This document shows, in pieces, positions 46,132 to 54,643 of a stretch of DNA of 64,000 bases. Origin of the DNA: a virus (taxonomy: Duplodnaviria; Heunggongvirae; Uroviricota; Caudoviricetes); the IMG/VR virus record IMGVR_UViG_3300050821_004987, positions 64,577 through 128,576 of that record. One strand, 5' to 3'. The notes below the pieces were generated by a model that did no database searches, had not been told where the DNA came from, and saw nothing but the letters and a program-made list of their open reading frames with translations. The stretch's first letter is position 1, and every line of letters starts with the position of its first letter. The translations under genes and the position numbers were made by a program.

Positions 46132-46922
46132 AAGAGAAGCTTCTATTTATCCTGCCCGATTCACTGGAAGAGATGCTATTCGCTTCGACAGTTCTATCCC
46201 AGTATCTGATTTCTCGGATGGTCATGGGACGGGATTCAACGCATGTGACGATCGTTACCAAGCACGATGAGCTGCATAGCTATCTAAAAGCCTGCTGGGA
46301 ATTGGCTGAGATCGTTACCGAGCCGACAAGAGAGCAAATAGAGGAAGCAGATTTTATCTTCGAGTTCGATGCAGAGAGTTCCTATCGGGTAACACAAGCA
46401 GTTCAGAAGCATATAGCAGAAGCTTTTTCCATCCAGCTCGGTGTCGGGCTGATGAGATTCTTGCCACCAGTTCTGGTAGAGGACGTGAAAGAAGAGGTCG
46501 GAACAATTCTTGTGGCCGACAGAAATATAAGGGACGGTTTGGGAGAGTCTTGGGAGTGGCCTCATCTAGAAGATTTCATGGGTCAGTTGGGACAGGCAGA
46601 GATTCCAGTTGTTTGGTTGCCTGCTGAAGCTTCTTGGGAAGAGATGAGAACGGTGGTTGGGAGATCTTCTATGGTTGTTGGAGTTCGTGGATCGGCGACA
46701 TTGATCGCTGCCGCTGCAAACAGACTGGTGATGGAGCTGTCACCAAAAGACAAAGGGCACCGGGACTGGTTCCGGAAAAGAGAATGTGCAACCTACAGAA
46801 TGATCTACGGTGAGCTAAAAGATATGACACCAGCTTTCGTCTGGCAGCAGATTGAGAAGCTGATGGAAGAGTCGAAGAGAGGTAAGCCTCAGACGGCTAG
46901 ATTGGCGATGGCAGATGGGTAA
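46128..46922 (+). CDS. Hypothetical protein (weak GT9/heptosyltransferase-like features)
   Basis: 'KLLFILPDSLEEMLFAST' and 'SSMVVGVRGSATLIAAAANRLVMEL' loosely parallel GT9 motifs. Confidence 0.3.
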   Translation: MKEKLLFILPDSLEEMLFASTVLSQYLISRMVMGRDSTHVTIVTKHDELHSYLKACWELAEIVTEPTREQIEEADFIFEFDAESSYRVTQAVQKHIAEAFSIQLGVGLMRFLPPVLVEDVKEEVGTILVADRNIRDGLGESWEWPHLEDFMGQLGQAEIPVVWLPAEASWEEMRTVVGRSSMVVGVRGSATLIAAAANRLVMELSPKDKGHRDWFRKRECATYRMIYGELKDMTPAFVWQQIEKLMEESKRGKPQTARLAMADG

Positions 46923-47289
46923 CGATCCTCGTAATCCTTTATTCACTTATCTCGGACCGGGAGCAAGAAGGAAAGTCGGCTCGGATGGATTGATAACGAT
47001 CGTCTGTCGGATTTGTACGAAGCCGATATCAAGAGAGATGTATCGGGGTTTCTCAACAGCAATCTGTGCAGTTTGCCAGGGAGAAGTCGAGAGGGGTAAG
47101 ACGCCAGATGAGATACTGGCGATGGTGAAGAAAGTTGAGACAGAACAGGTGCATTCTTTGTATAATGAAATAGGACCAAGTGGTTTCCGGGCACACGGGT
47201 TTGGGCAGAGAATAAAAGATATAGTTAAGAAGGTTCGAGAAGCGGCAACAAAGCGGAGACGTTCACCGTTGTTCGCGAAGAAAGATTAG
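46915..47289 (+). CDS. Hypothetical zinc-ribbon protein
   Basis: 'CRICTKP...CAVCQGE'. Contains an internal 'TTTGTATAATGAA' box at about 47158. Confidence 0.35.
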   Translation: MGNDPRNPLFTYLGPGARRKVGSDGLITIVCRICTKPISREMYRGFSTAICAVCQGEVERGKTPDEILAMVKKVETEQVHSLYNEIGPSGFRAHGFGQRIKDIVKKVREAATKRRRSPLFAKKD

Positions 47290-47570
47290 TGATGAAATTT
47301 TCAAAGCATCAGCCGAAAGACGGAGAGACGATTTTGCATTGTGGGCATTTAGAGAAGAAGCCACATCATTTTTACGCTATAGGAGATCCAGAAAAAAGAA
47401 TTCCACAAGAGATGGATTTTAGAAGACCAGATGGTTCGGTTGGTAAAGCAAAGTGGATGGTGCTTTGCAGAGACTGTTTTCAGATCTATTCAGATAATCC
47501 GGCTGCTTGTATGCGGGCAGATGGTGAATGGATTGGAGATGCGCCGGTAGTAAAAGAAGATTTTCAGTAA
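47289..47570 (+). CDS. Hypothetical protein
   Basis: 93-aa ORF. Confidence 0.3.
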   Translation: MMKFSKHQPKDGETILHCGHLEKKPHHFYAIGDPEKRIPQEMDFRRPDGSVGKAKWMVLCRDCFQIYSDNPAACMRADGEWIGDAPVVKEDFQ

Positions 47571-47660
47571 GAGATGGGGCCATGAGCAACGCACAGGAGT
47601 TAGTGACTCCCAGCGTCTCTTCCGGAACCTGCGGGACAGCCGGTGGCCCCCACAATTTTG

Positions 47661-47814
47661 GCTAGGTATGGTAAGGAGAGGTTAGCTAAGGTCGCGTGCG
47701 GTTGGGTTAGCTCTGGTCAGGTCCGGTTTTGTATGGTTGGCTAAGGTCCGGTGGCGTCTGGTGAGGTGAGTTCGGGTTGGGTTGTGTGATGTAGGCTAAG
47801 GTGAGGAGAAAAGA
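47661..47814 (+). promoter_or_regulatory. GGT-rich upstream cassette (family member 2, longest)
   Basis: 'ggtatggtaaggagaggttagctaaggtcgcgtgcggttgggttagctctggtcaggtccgg...gtaggctaaggtgaggagaaaagaATG'. Confidence 0.5.
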
Positions 47815-48573
47815 ATGAAGAAATTTCCGATTAGCGAGACATTTGATTCAATCCAAGGAGAAGGAATATATACCGGTACCAGAATGTTTTTTATTCGGTT
47901 CGCTGGCTGCTCAGTAGGCAAGAAGTTGCCGAAAGAATTCTATGACGATACTCCAAGAGAGATAAAAGATCAGAATGCTCCGGGGGGTTATCGAATCGAG
48001 CGTTCTAAACTTCCAATCTATACAGAGCAATGTCATACATATGACGGGAGGTCATTCAACTGCGACACAGATTTCCGAACGAAGGAAGTGCTTACCGGGG
48101 AAGAGCTTATAGATCGAATTCCAAAAGGAGTTGAGCATGTTTGTTTGACAGGAGGAGAGCCCCTGAACCAGCCGCTCGCAGAGTTCATAGACTTCTTGTC
48201 CGATCTTGGCTTCATGGTTCACATCGAGACATCGGGTACGGTCAGTTTTACAGATAAGTATCCGAACTACAGCGAGCAGGATTCTCTTTCGAATCCAGAT
48301 GGTGGTTGGCTCTGGCTTACGGTCAGTCCAAAGATGGGTGTGCTAGAGGAGATGATCGGGATAGCCGATGAGATCAAACTGCTGGTCGACGATCATTTCG
48401 ATGTAGCCAAAATTCCAGAAGACATTCTAGATCACAAGCTCGTTTGGATACAGCCGATCAATGCTGAGTTTTCAGTAGACAGAAAAAATCTAGACAAGTG
48501 TATTCAGCTGTTGAAAGAGCATCCAAGTTGGAGACTCTCGACGCAAATGCACAAGATCTGGAACGTCAGATGA
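47815..48573 (+). CDS. queE: 7-carboxy-7-deazaguanine synthase (radical SAM) with non-canonical Cys spacing
   Basis: 'SIQGEGIYTG', 'FIRFAGC', 'NCDTDF', 'HVCLTGGEPL', 'HIETSGT', 'WLTVSPK', 'WIQPIN', 'LSTQMHKIWNV' are collinear with E. coli QueE. Confidence 0.8.
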   Translation: MKKFPISETFDSIQGEGIYTGTRMFFIRFAGCSVGKKLPKEFYDDTPREIKDQNAPGGYRIERSKLPIYTEQCHTYDGRSFNCDTDFRTKEVLTGEELIDRIPKGVEHVCLTGGEPLNQPLAEFIDFLSDLGFMVHIETSGTVSFTDKYPNYSEQDSLSNPDGGWLWLTVSPKMGVLEEMIGIADEIKLLVDDHFDVAKIPEDILDHKLVWIQPINAEFSVDRKNLDKCIQLLKEHPSWRLSTQMHKIWNVR

Positions 48574-48872
48574 GCAATGAGAGAGAAAGAACGTTCAAGT
48601 GTCTGGGAGAAGGTTGTGGGGCAGACGTAGTAGCAGAGATGCCAGAAGGAACGTTGATAAACAAACCAACATTCTCAGCAGTCATTCTGGTTCACCAACA
48701 AGCTACGGTTTGTCCGAATTGTGGTACGGCTTACGGGTTCGTGTTGCGGGGCTTGAATCTGAGACCACAAGATGTAGCTTGGGCACCAGTGGTCATCCAG
48801 AAGAAAGACGAACCAGATATCATCATTCCACCGACTTCGTTGACAGATTTACTAAGGAAGAGGGGAAACTGA
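48570..48872 (+). CDS. Small zinc-ribbon protein
   Basis: ATGA-coupled. 'CLGEGCG...CPNCG'. Confidence 0.4.
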   Translation: MSNERERTFKCLGEGCGADVVAEMPEGTLINKPTFSAVILVHQQATVCPNCGTAYGFVLRGLNLRPQDVAWAPVVIQKKDEPDIIIPPTSLTDLLRKRGN

Positions 48873-48873
48873 G

Positions 48874-49440
48874 ATGGAGACAGTAGGACAGAAAGAAGCG
48901 TTGCGTCAGATGGTGACAAGGCTATACGACGAGTGTGAGATTAGTGTTGAGCCACTATTCCCAAAGCTGTTGATCCGGGTACTACCGAAGTATCAGAAGA
49001 GAGGACGTATCTGGCTGCCGGATGGCATAGATCAGAACAAGCCGACGTGGGAAGCTATGGTCCTCAAGACGTACAGACCTTTCTATCAGAAGATTTATCT
49101 CTCGCAAGCTCATTGGGTTTCAGATGACCCAGATCCAGAAGTTCGCTATACTCAGAAGGTAGAGAGCTTGTACCAGCCGGGGGATCATATTTTATTTCCC
49201 CACATTGCTTACGGGGCAGTTCCGATCTGGCCATTGGACGAAGGCAAAGGAGACTATCGGCTGATTCCAGAAGAGATCATTATTGGGAAGTTGGAGTATG
49301 AGAGGCAGCCGACACTAAATTGGCTAACCGATGTGATATTCGAGACGACCCATTTCGGTTACGATACAGCACAGAATATTTTGAAGAAAGCCGACGTAAT
49401 CCGAAAGGACGTAGAGGCCAAGACGATCTCTGGCAAATAA
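48874..49440 (+). CDS. Hypothetical protein with weak GroES/Cpn10-like pattern
   Basis: 'LFPKLLIRVLPKYQKRGRIWLPDG' and 'YQPGDHILFP...DYRLIPEEIIIGKL' follow the Cpn10 'LxPxxDRVlvk...GIxLP' / 'GDxVlF...eylil.e.dIla' pattern, with a large insertion. Confidence 0.3.
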   Translation: METVGQKEALRQMVTRLYDECEISVEPLFPKLLIRVLPKYQKRGRIWLPDGIDQNKPTWEAMVLKTYRPFYQKIYLSQAHWVSDDPDPEVRYTQKVESLYQPGDHILFPHIAYGAVPIWPLDEGKGDYRLIPEEIIIGKLEYERQPTLNWLTDVIFETTHFGYDTAQNILKKADVIRKDVEAKTISGK

Positions 49441-51159
49441 ATGCCTGTTACAGCTTTCGCTCCGAAGAAGAAGACGCTATCCTCTTACGATCCGGTAATC
49501 GCAAGCGATCAGCTTAAAGCACTTCTGCTCATTAAGAATACTTTTGGAACGGAAGTATTCTGTAGAAGAGCATTTACCATCCTAGCTAAGAAGGAGATTT
49601 GGCAGAAGCAAAAGACGAGACTGGTCCCGTTCGACATGACCAGGATTCAGAAAGACTTGACGAACAGTGCCAGTGATAACAACATCACAGTAAAAGGCAG
49701 ACAGATCGGATCAACGACGTGGCATATTCTGGTCCGTCTTCTGCTGCCAGCTATCTTGGAGCCCGGGTCCTCCGGGCTTCTTATTTCTCAAACAAAGCCA
49801 TACGGAGCCCAGCACTTTAGAATTCTGCAAAGAGCTTTGAAACATTTCTGGGAAAGCGGCCAGGGACAATCTGCTGGAACCATATTGACAGTAGACGAGT
49901 TTCTCAGAAACTTATTACACACACAGTACTCAGCAAGACATGAGATCGTTTTCGACTTCTTGGATTCCAAAGTGCTGGTTGATACGGCCGAGAATCCTGA
50001 CGCCGGAACGGGGTTGACGATCAATCATCTGGTCGCGACAGAGGTCGCCTACTGGATGCGAGACCCCGAGAGCTTGTTGTCGCAAGCAAAAGAAGCTGTT
50101 CCAGCCGGTGGGACAAAAGATTACGAGTCGACGCCGAATGGTATGGGCGGTTATTTCTTCGAGGAGTGGCAACGGGCACAAGAACCGAAAGCAGAGTTCA
50201 CGTCGCATTTTTATCCTTGGTGGTGGCATGAGGAGTACGAAGAGTCTCCAGCAGCCGATCCGAAGACGATGTCTGATGAAGAAGAGAAGATGGCCAAGGA
50301 GTTCGCATGGACGATGAAGCAGTTGACTTGGAGACGTAGAAAGCAAGTCGCCTTGAGACACAAGTTTGGGGAGAAGTATCCTGAGGACTCGACAACATGT
50401 TTCTTGACATCCGGGGAACTTTACTTCGACGCCGAAGCGTTGCGATGGCTGAAGTTCGAGACTCAGAAGGTGAAGCCAATAGATTCCTACCAGAGCGGTC
50501 AGCTGAAAATTTACAAGAGGAGAATTAAAGGTAGGAGATATATTATCGGGGCTGACGTAGCAGAAGGGAAACTGATATCGTCAGAGAATACTGACTTCTC
50601 GGCATCTGTTGTACTGGATATGGATACAGGAGAGCAATGTGCTGTGTATCGTTCTCATTTGCCACCAGAAGATTATGGGCAGGATCTGGTCGATTTGGCA
50701 CAGCAGTATAACAATGCGATGTTAGCGATCGAGAGGAATGGTCCGGGTGGTTCCGTGATTTTGGCAGTACAGAAACAGCTGCTTTATGGGAACATCTATT
50801 ACCACAAGGAGTGGTACCGGGAGCGGAAGCAAGTGATACCGATGGCCGGATATCCGACAAATCAACGGACCAGACCGATAGCTTTGAACAGGGTAGCAGC
50901 GGCGATCAGGAACTCGCCTGAGTTTATCCATTCTGAAGATTTTGTGAACGAGGCGCTAACATTTATATGGCGAGCTTCCAACAAACAACAGATGGGTGGT
51001 AAACGAGTACCGCAGGGACAGGTTGGTTGCCACGACGACATAGTAATGGCAATGGCATGTGCGGAGTATTGTCGCTTGGTCACACTCGGCTACCTGGATC
51101 CAATAGAGATGCCATCAGAACGGTATGGACAGATCGACGAGGAAGAGGATGCTGCTTAG
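49441..51159 (+). CDS. terL: Terminase large subunit
   Basis: 'VKGRQIGSTTWHILV' is a Walker A-like ATPase motif. C-terminal RNase-H-like nuclease 'GCHDDIVMAMACA'. 572 aa. Confidence 0.8.
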   Translation: MPVTAFAPKKKTLSSYDPVIASDQLKALLLIKNTFGTEVFCRRAFTILAKKEIWQKQKTRLVPFDMTRIQKDLTNSASDNNITVKGRQIGSTTWHILVRLLLPAILEPGSSGLLISQTKPYGAQHFRILQRALKHFWESGQGQSAGTILTVDEFLRNLLHTQYSARHEIVFDFLDSKVLVDTAENPDAGTGLTINHLVATEVAYWMRDPESLLSQAKEAVPAGGTKDYESTPNGMGGYFFEEWQRAQEPKAEFTSHFYPWWWHEEYEESPAADPKTMSDEEEKMAKEFAWTMKQLTWRRRKQVALRHKFGEKYPEDSTTCFLTSGELYFDAEALRWLKFETQKVKPIDSYQSGQLKIYKRRIKGRRYIIGADVAEGKLISSENTDFSASVVLDMDTGEQCAVYRSHLPPEDYGQDLVDLAQQYNNAMLAIERNGPGGSVILAVQKQLLYGNIYYHKEWYRERKQVIPMAGYPTNQRTRPIALNRVAAAIRNSPEFIHSEDFVNEALTFIWRASNKQQMGGKRVPQGQVGCHDDIVMAMACAEYCRLVTLGYLDPIEMPSERYGQIDEEEDAA

Positions 51160-51230
51160 TATATACTACTAGATTACTGATGGACTGAATTTACTACCTG
51201 TATTTTTAGACAGATTTGTTAAAATAGAGC

Positions 51231-51258
51231 TTGCGTATTAGCAGGAATAAACTATACT
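51231..51258 (+). promoter_or_regulatory. sigma70-like promoter TTGCGT-N16-TATACT (module A)
   Basis: Shares 'GGAATAAACTATACTT-TCT-GTGGGGG' with the element at 58439. Confidence 0.5.
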
Positions 51259-51296
51259 TATCTCGTGGGGGGCTTTAGCCAGAACCCCACGAAAGG

Positions 51297-51320
51297 GCTC
51301 CCGAAAATGGGGGCTTTTTT
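51297..51320 (+). terminator. Hairpin plus T6 (intrinsic terminator or attenuator-like), present only in module A
   Basis: GCTCCC-gaaaat-GGGGGC followed by TTTTTT. Confidence 0.4.
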
Positions 51321-51373
51321 CACGTCTGGGCCAATGAGTTAAATTCAAGAACGAAGATCACGAGGTGAGGGCA

Positions 51374-51565
51374 ATGGCATTAGAAAATATCACGGTCAAT
51401 GGCAAGCCTTTGAAACAGTTCATCGAGAAAGAGAAGTCGGACGAGATCAGGGACTTCTATTTGTACGAGTTGAGAACACTGAGCAGTGGCGGTCGTAACA
51501 TCTTATCCTCACAGAAGTACGACTTCCGGAAGAAAGAGCCAGTGAGGAAGGCGGTGGCGAAATGA
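51374..51565 (+). CDS. Small hypothetical protein
   Basis: RBS GAGGTGAGG before the ATG, giving 'MALENITVNGK'. Confidence 0.4.
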   Translation: MALENITVNGKPLKQFIEKEKSDEIRDFYLYELRTLSSGGRNILSSQKYDFRKKEPVRKAVAK

Positions 51566-51855
51566 ACTTCTCTAATCCCGAGACCCAGCAATCGAAAGCA
51601 TCGACCGACGGGCTAACACGCTACATCATTAAACTCGCAGCTAAGACGGGACGTCGTCGAGTCCAGACCGGGTGGCTCTACATCACACAGATAACCGAGA
51701 TGGAGAACTACCAAGTCAAGGGTTATCAGTATGGACCGAACAGAGACCGCGCTCAGCGCATGGGAAAGTTGCAGGCTGAGCGGGTAGTCGAGAGCCTCAA
51801 GAAGTGGAGACGTCGTCCGGTGGAGATAGTAGCAGAGCCGGAGGTACAAGAATGA
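51562..51855 (+). CDS. Hypothetical protein
   Basis: ATGA-coupled. 97 aa. Confidence 0.35.
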   Translation: MNFSNPETQQSKASTDGLTRYIIKLAAKTGRRRVQTGWLYITQITEMENYQVKGYQYGPNRDRAQRMGKLQAERVVESLKKWRRRPVEIVAEPEVQE

Positions 51856-51968
51856 GCACGGCAGCGAAAGTGGCAGAGCACAAGCAGAAGCATCCGGAGT
51901 TGTACTGTCCCAAGTGTCTATGGAAGACGGGCGGGGGTTTTTGCCCGCGACATAGACCAAAGCAGTAG
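51852..51968 (+). CDS. Small zinc-finger peptide (38 aa)
   Basis: ATGA-coupled. 'CPKCLW...CPRH'. Confidence 0.3.
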   Translation: MSTAAKVAEHKQKHPELYCPKCLWKTGGGFCPRHRPKQ

Positions 51969-51998
51969 CAGCAAAAATTTCGCATGAGGAGACGGAGT

Positions 51999-52217
51999 AT
52001 GAAAGCGATCATTCTTTTGGAGATTGAGAACAGCAGAAGCAGTGTGGTGATCATCGAGCACAGTTACATGTCGGAGGTCGAACCGATTCGTTGCAAGTTG
52101 GCAGCGACTCCGGAAGTCAGAAAGGCAACGGTACTGGTCGCAGGTTTGACGGGTAGAGTCGTGACAGCAGAACAGCACGATTCGCCACAATCTTTGGCAC
52201 AGATCGCGAGTTGGTAA
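51999..52217 (+). CDS. Hypothetical protein
   Basis: RBS AGGAGACGGAGT before the ATG. Confidence 0.35.
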   Translation: MKAIILLEIENSRSSVVIIEHSYMSEVEPIRCKLAATPEVRKATVLVAGLTGRVVTAEQHDSPQSLAQIASW

Positions 52218-52219
52218 GA

Positions 52220-52315
52220 ATGGAAGCTATCCTTATAATAGCCGCCTTGGCGGTCGTAGTTGTCCTGGTAGCCATTCCAATCTGGGAATGGCTACTCAAT
52301 GTAGGGAGGAGATAA
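52220..52315 (+). CDS. 31-aa hydrophobic peptide
   Basis: 'MEAILIIAALAVVVVLVAIPIWEWLL' single TM. Confidence 0.25.
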   Translation: MEAILIIAALAVVVVLVAIPIWEWLLNVGRR

Positions 52316-52319
52316 CGAA

Positions 52320-52976
52320 ATGGCAACAGCAACAGTATCATTCGTCTATCCGAAACAGTTGGCTGATTGTAAATTTTGTGGGCAGAAGATCTGCTGGCAG
52401 CAGAGCTATCGTGGTCGTGGCAACTATCCAACAAACGTATCAGTCCAGAATGGGCAACCTGTTTCCAGTCGCACAGACTTCCATCATTGTTCGCAGGCCG
52501 ATCGGGACGCCTACAAGAAACGTCAGTTGGAAGCAGCCGGTCAACAGACGTTCGCGACACCAGCACTGAACATGTCGGGAGTCAACGCCCTCTTCGACAA
52601 GGCCATAGCCAATGGGCTCAAGTATCCAAAGATCAGACTACAGACACCGTCCGGGCAGCCAGTGGCGCTGGGGAGGGCCGGGGACGGTTCCAAGTATCGG
52701 GGTCAGATCATGGTCACCGACGGGGAACGGTTCGGCTGTAACCGATACTTCGGCCGGGTGACGCAGGAAGGGAACTGGGTTATCGGGAGAGAAGATCTTC
52801 CAGAAGTTCGTACCTTATTAGAGCAGCTCGGAGCCGATCCAGCCACGGTCGCTTCCCAGTACGGGAAGTTGACTGGAAATTGTTGCTTCTGCTTTCGTCG
52901 TCTTGACGATCCCAGAAGTGTATCGGTTGGATATGGGCCGAGATGCGCGACCGTCTATGGGTTACCGTGGGGATGA
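52320..52976 (+). CDS. Hypothetical protein with N- and C-terminal Cys clusters
   Basis: 'CKFCGQKICW' near the N-terminus. 'GNCCFCFRRLDDPRSVSVGYGPRCA' near the C-terminus. Confidence 0.4.
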   Translation: MATATVSFVYPKQLADCKFCGQKICWQQSYRGRGNYPTNVSVQNGQPVSSRTDFHHCSQADRDAYKKRQLEAAGQQTFATPALNMSGVNALFDKAIANGLKYPKIRLQTPSGQPVALGRAGDGSKYRGQIMVTDGERFGCNRYFGRVTQEGNWVIGREDLPEVRTLLEQLGADPATVASQYGKLTGNCCFCFRRLDDPRSVSVGYGPRCATVYGLPWG

Positions 52977-52990
52977 GAAAGGAGATCAGC

Positions 52991-53296
52991 ATGGCGAGAT
53001 CAACGATGGTGGTGAGCGTGACGAGAGCCCGACTGGGCTTCACAGTTTCAGACGCCAGTCGGGAGTGGGAGCTGGCCGTTTTTATTACACATTGGCAATC
53101 CGGTGCGTCAGCCTTTACAATAGTTCTTGCAGAAGTGGACGGCGCCTGTTACTCGAAAGGTGGTAGTGTTCTTCCAGCCGACCATACGATGTTTCAGACA
53201 AAGGTTGTCCAGACGGTCAGTAGAATTTGCCATCATTGGGACGAGATGGATCGGGAAGCGCTCAAGGCAGTCGTTCGTCGTCAGCTTTCAAAGTAA
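52991..53296 (+). CDS. Hypothetical protein
   Basis: RBS AAAGGAGATCAGC before the ATG. Confidence 0.35.
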   Translation: MARSTMVVSVTRARLGFTVSDASREWELAVFITHWQSGASAFTIVLAEVDGACYSKGGSVLPADHTMFQTKVVQTVSRICHHWDEMDREALKAVVRRQLSK

Positions 53297-53328
53297 CAGA
53301 AGCAAAATTCACTTGAGGAGACTTTAGC

Positions 53329-54336
53329 ATGACGGATAAGAAATTCGAAGTCGCAGGAAATGTCAGTATCGTTTCGACGGGCAAGACAGTCGTCTCGAAA
53401 GAACAATTCGAGACGGTCGTCGATAACGCGATCAAAGGTCCGGAGGATGTGGGAGCGGGCAGTTCTCTCACGGACATGTACGATCGGTTCTCAAAGCTCA
53501 TCTACGCGATCGACGCTTCGGGTTCGATGGGAGAGGGCATGCTCTCAGAGGACTCGATCAAGATGTACAAATGGACGCCGGATATCTTGGAGCAGTTCAA
53601 AGCTCGGATGCGAGCCGACAAAGATCTGACAGAAGAGAACTTCGACGAGATAACAGAAGACGATAACGGAAACGAAGTCATCCAGACGCAACATATCGAC
53701 GTCGACGGGATGTCGGAAGACGAACTGAAAATGTACATCATCAGTGAGCATCTGGACGACAAGTACAGCATCCGTTTGGAAATGAACTACAGCCACAACA
53801 CTCGTGGTCGTTCGAAGATGATGGCGCTCAAGGACGCAGCCAAAGACTTCGTCCACACGAGGTTCCAGAAATTCGCCGACGCAAGGGTGGGGGTTTTCTC
53901 ATTCGAAGATCATCCGAGTCAGCTCTGCGCCGCCGGAGCTGTCGAGACAGAAGTACTGGCAGCGATCAATCGGCTACCAGACAACGGTGGTGGTGGCACG
54001 AACATCTATTCAGCCGTAGATCGGGTCGTCAATGAGTGCAAACGGCGCCCATCGGAAGTTGGACTCAATCATATCGTTCTCGTCTCGGACGGGTGCGATG
54101 GTGGCGCGATGAGAGTCGAGGAGCTGGTGCCCAAGATGAAAGAACTGGGCATCGTGTTCGACTTCATTTACATGCTGGGCCTTTCGCCAGATGCTCAGGG
54201 TGAGCAGGTAGCGGCGATGATGCGCCGGGTCTGCGAAGCGACCGGGGGCGAGTATACCGTAGTCAAAACGGAACAGGACTTCGTACAGAAGTTCTTAGAG
54301 GTCAGCAAGCGCCCGATGTTGCCAGCGCCGAAATAG
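53329..54336 (+). CDS. von Willebrand factor A (vWA) domain protein
   Basis: 'IYAIDASGSMGEG' is a MIDAS DxSxS motif. 'IVLVSDGCDGG' follows downstream. Confidence 0.6.
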   Translation: MTDKKFEVAGNVSIVSTGKTVVSKEQFETVVDNAIKGPEDVGAGSSLTDMYDRFSKLIYAIDASGSMGEGMLSEDSIKMYKWTPDILEQFKARMRADKDLTEENFDEITEDDNGNEVIQTQHIDVDGMSEDELKMYIISEHLDDKYSIRLEMNYSHNTRGRSKMMALKDAAKDFVHTRFQKFADARVGVFSFEDHPSQLCAAGAVETEVLAAINRLPDNGGGGTNIYSAVDRVVNECKRRPSEVGLNHIVLVSDGCDGGAMRVEELVPKMKELGIVFDFIYMLGLSPDAQGEQVAAMMRRVCEATGGEYTVVKTEQDFVQKFLEVSKRPMLPAPK

Positions 54337-54347
54337 ACAGCAAGTCT

Positions 54348-54355
54348 TGTATAAT
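54348..54355 (+). promoter_or_regulatory. Extended -10 box (TTGTATAATGAG family)
   Basis: 'gtcTTGTATAATGAGacgg', about 20 nt upstream of the ATG. Confidence 0.4.
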
Positions 54356-54376
54356 GAGACGGACAGGAGAATGAGC

Positions 54377-54643
54377 ATGGAGCGACACGTGGTAGTTAGC
54401 TGTCGAAGAGATGAGATTCGGCGAGTGAAGATCAGTTGCCGATGTGGGCGGGTTTTCACAGCCGAGTTTCCTCAGCAGATAGCCCGGGCACTAAATTTGC
54501 ATCCGTGCCCGGGCTGTGGCGCGGGCTTCCTAATTTCCCAAGCACCAGACGGGAAGTGGAAGATCGAACGCTGTACAGAGACAGTCGAAGGCTCGGTCTT
54601 TGAACAGACTGGGCCTCCACAGAAAAAGGAATACAAGCAGTAG
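54377..54643 (+). CDS. Small zinc-ribbon protein
   Basis: RBS GGACAGGAGA. 'CRCGRVF...CPGCG'. Confidence 0.4.
   Translation: MERHVVVSCRRDEIRRVKISCRCGRVFTAEFPQQIARALNLHPCPGCGAGFLISQAPDGKWKIERCTETVEGSVFEQTGPPQKKEYKQ

Noticed and set aside
47574-47652. tRNA-like element: 7-bp GC-rich stem (GGGGCCA ... TGGCCCC) enclosing 61 nt, total about 76 nt, just downstream of ORF 47289
   Set aside because: No canonical D, anticodon or T arms could be drawn by hand (no TTCRA T-loop with a pairing stem). Probably a simple long-range stem or part of the upstream-cassette leader. Worth a tRNAscan-SE/Infernal run.
51160-51230. AT-rich stretch after terminase as a cos/pac site or origin
   Set aside because: No direct or inverted repeats beyond what the adjacent promoter module explains. 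The sequence alone cannot support this.
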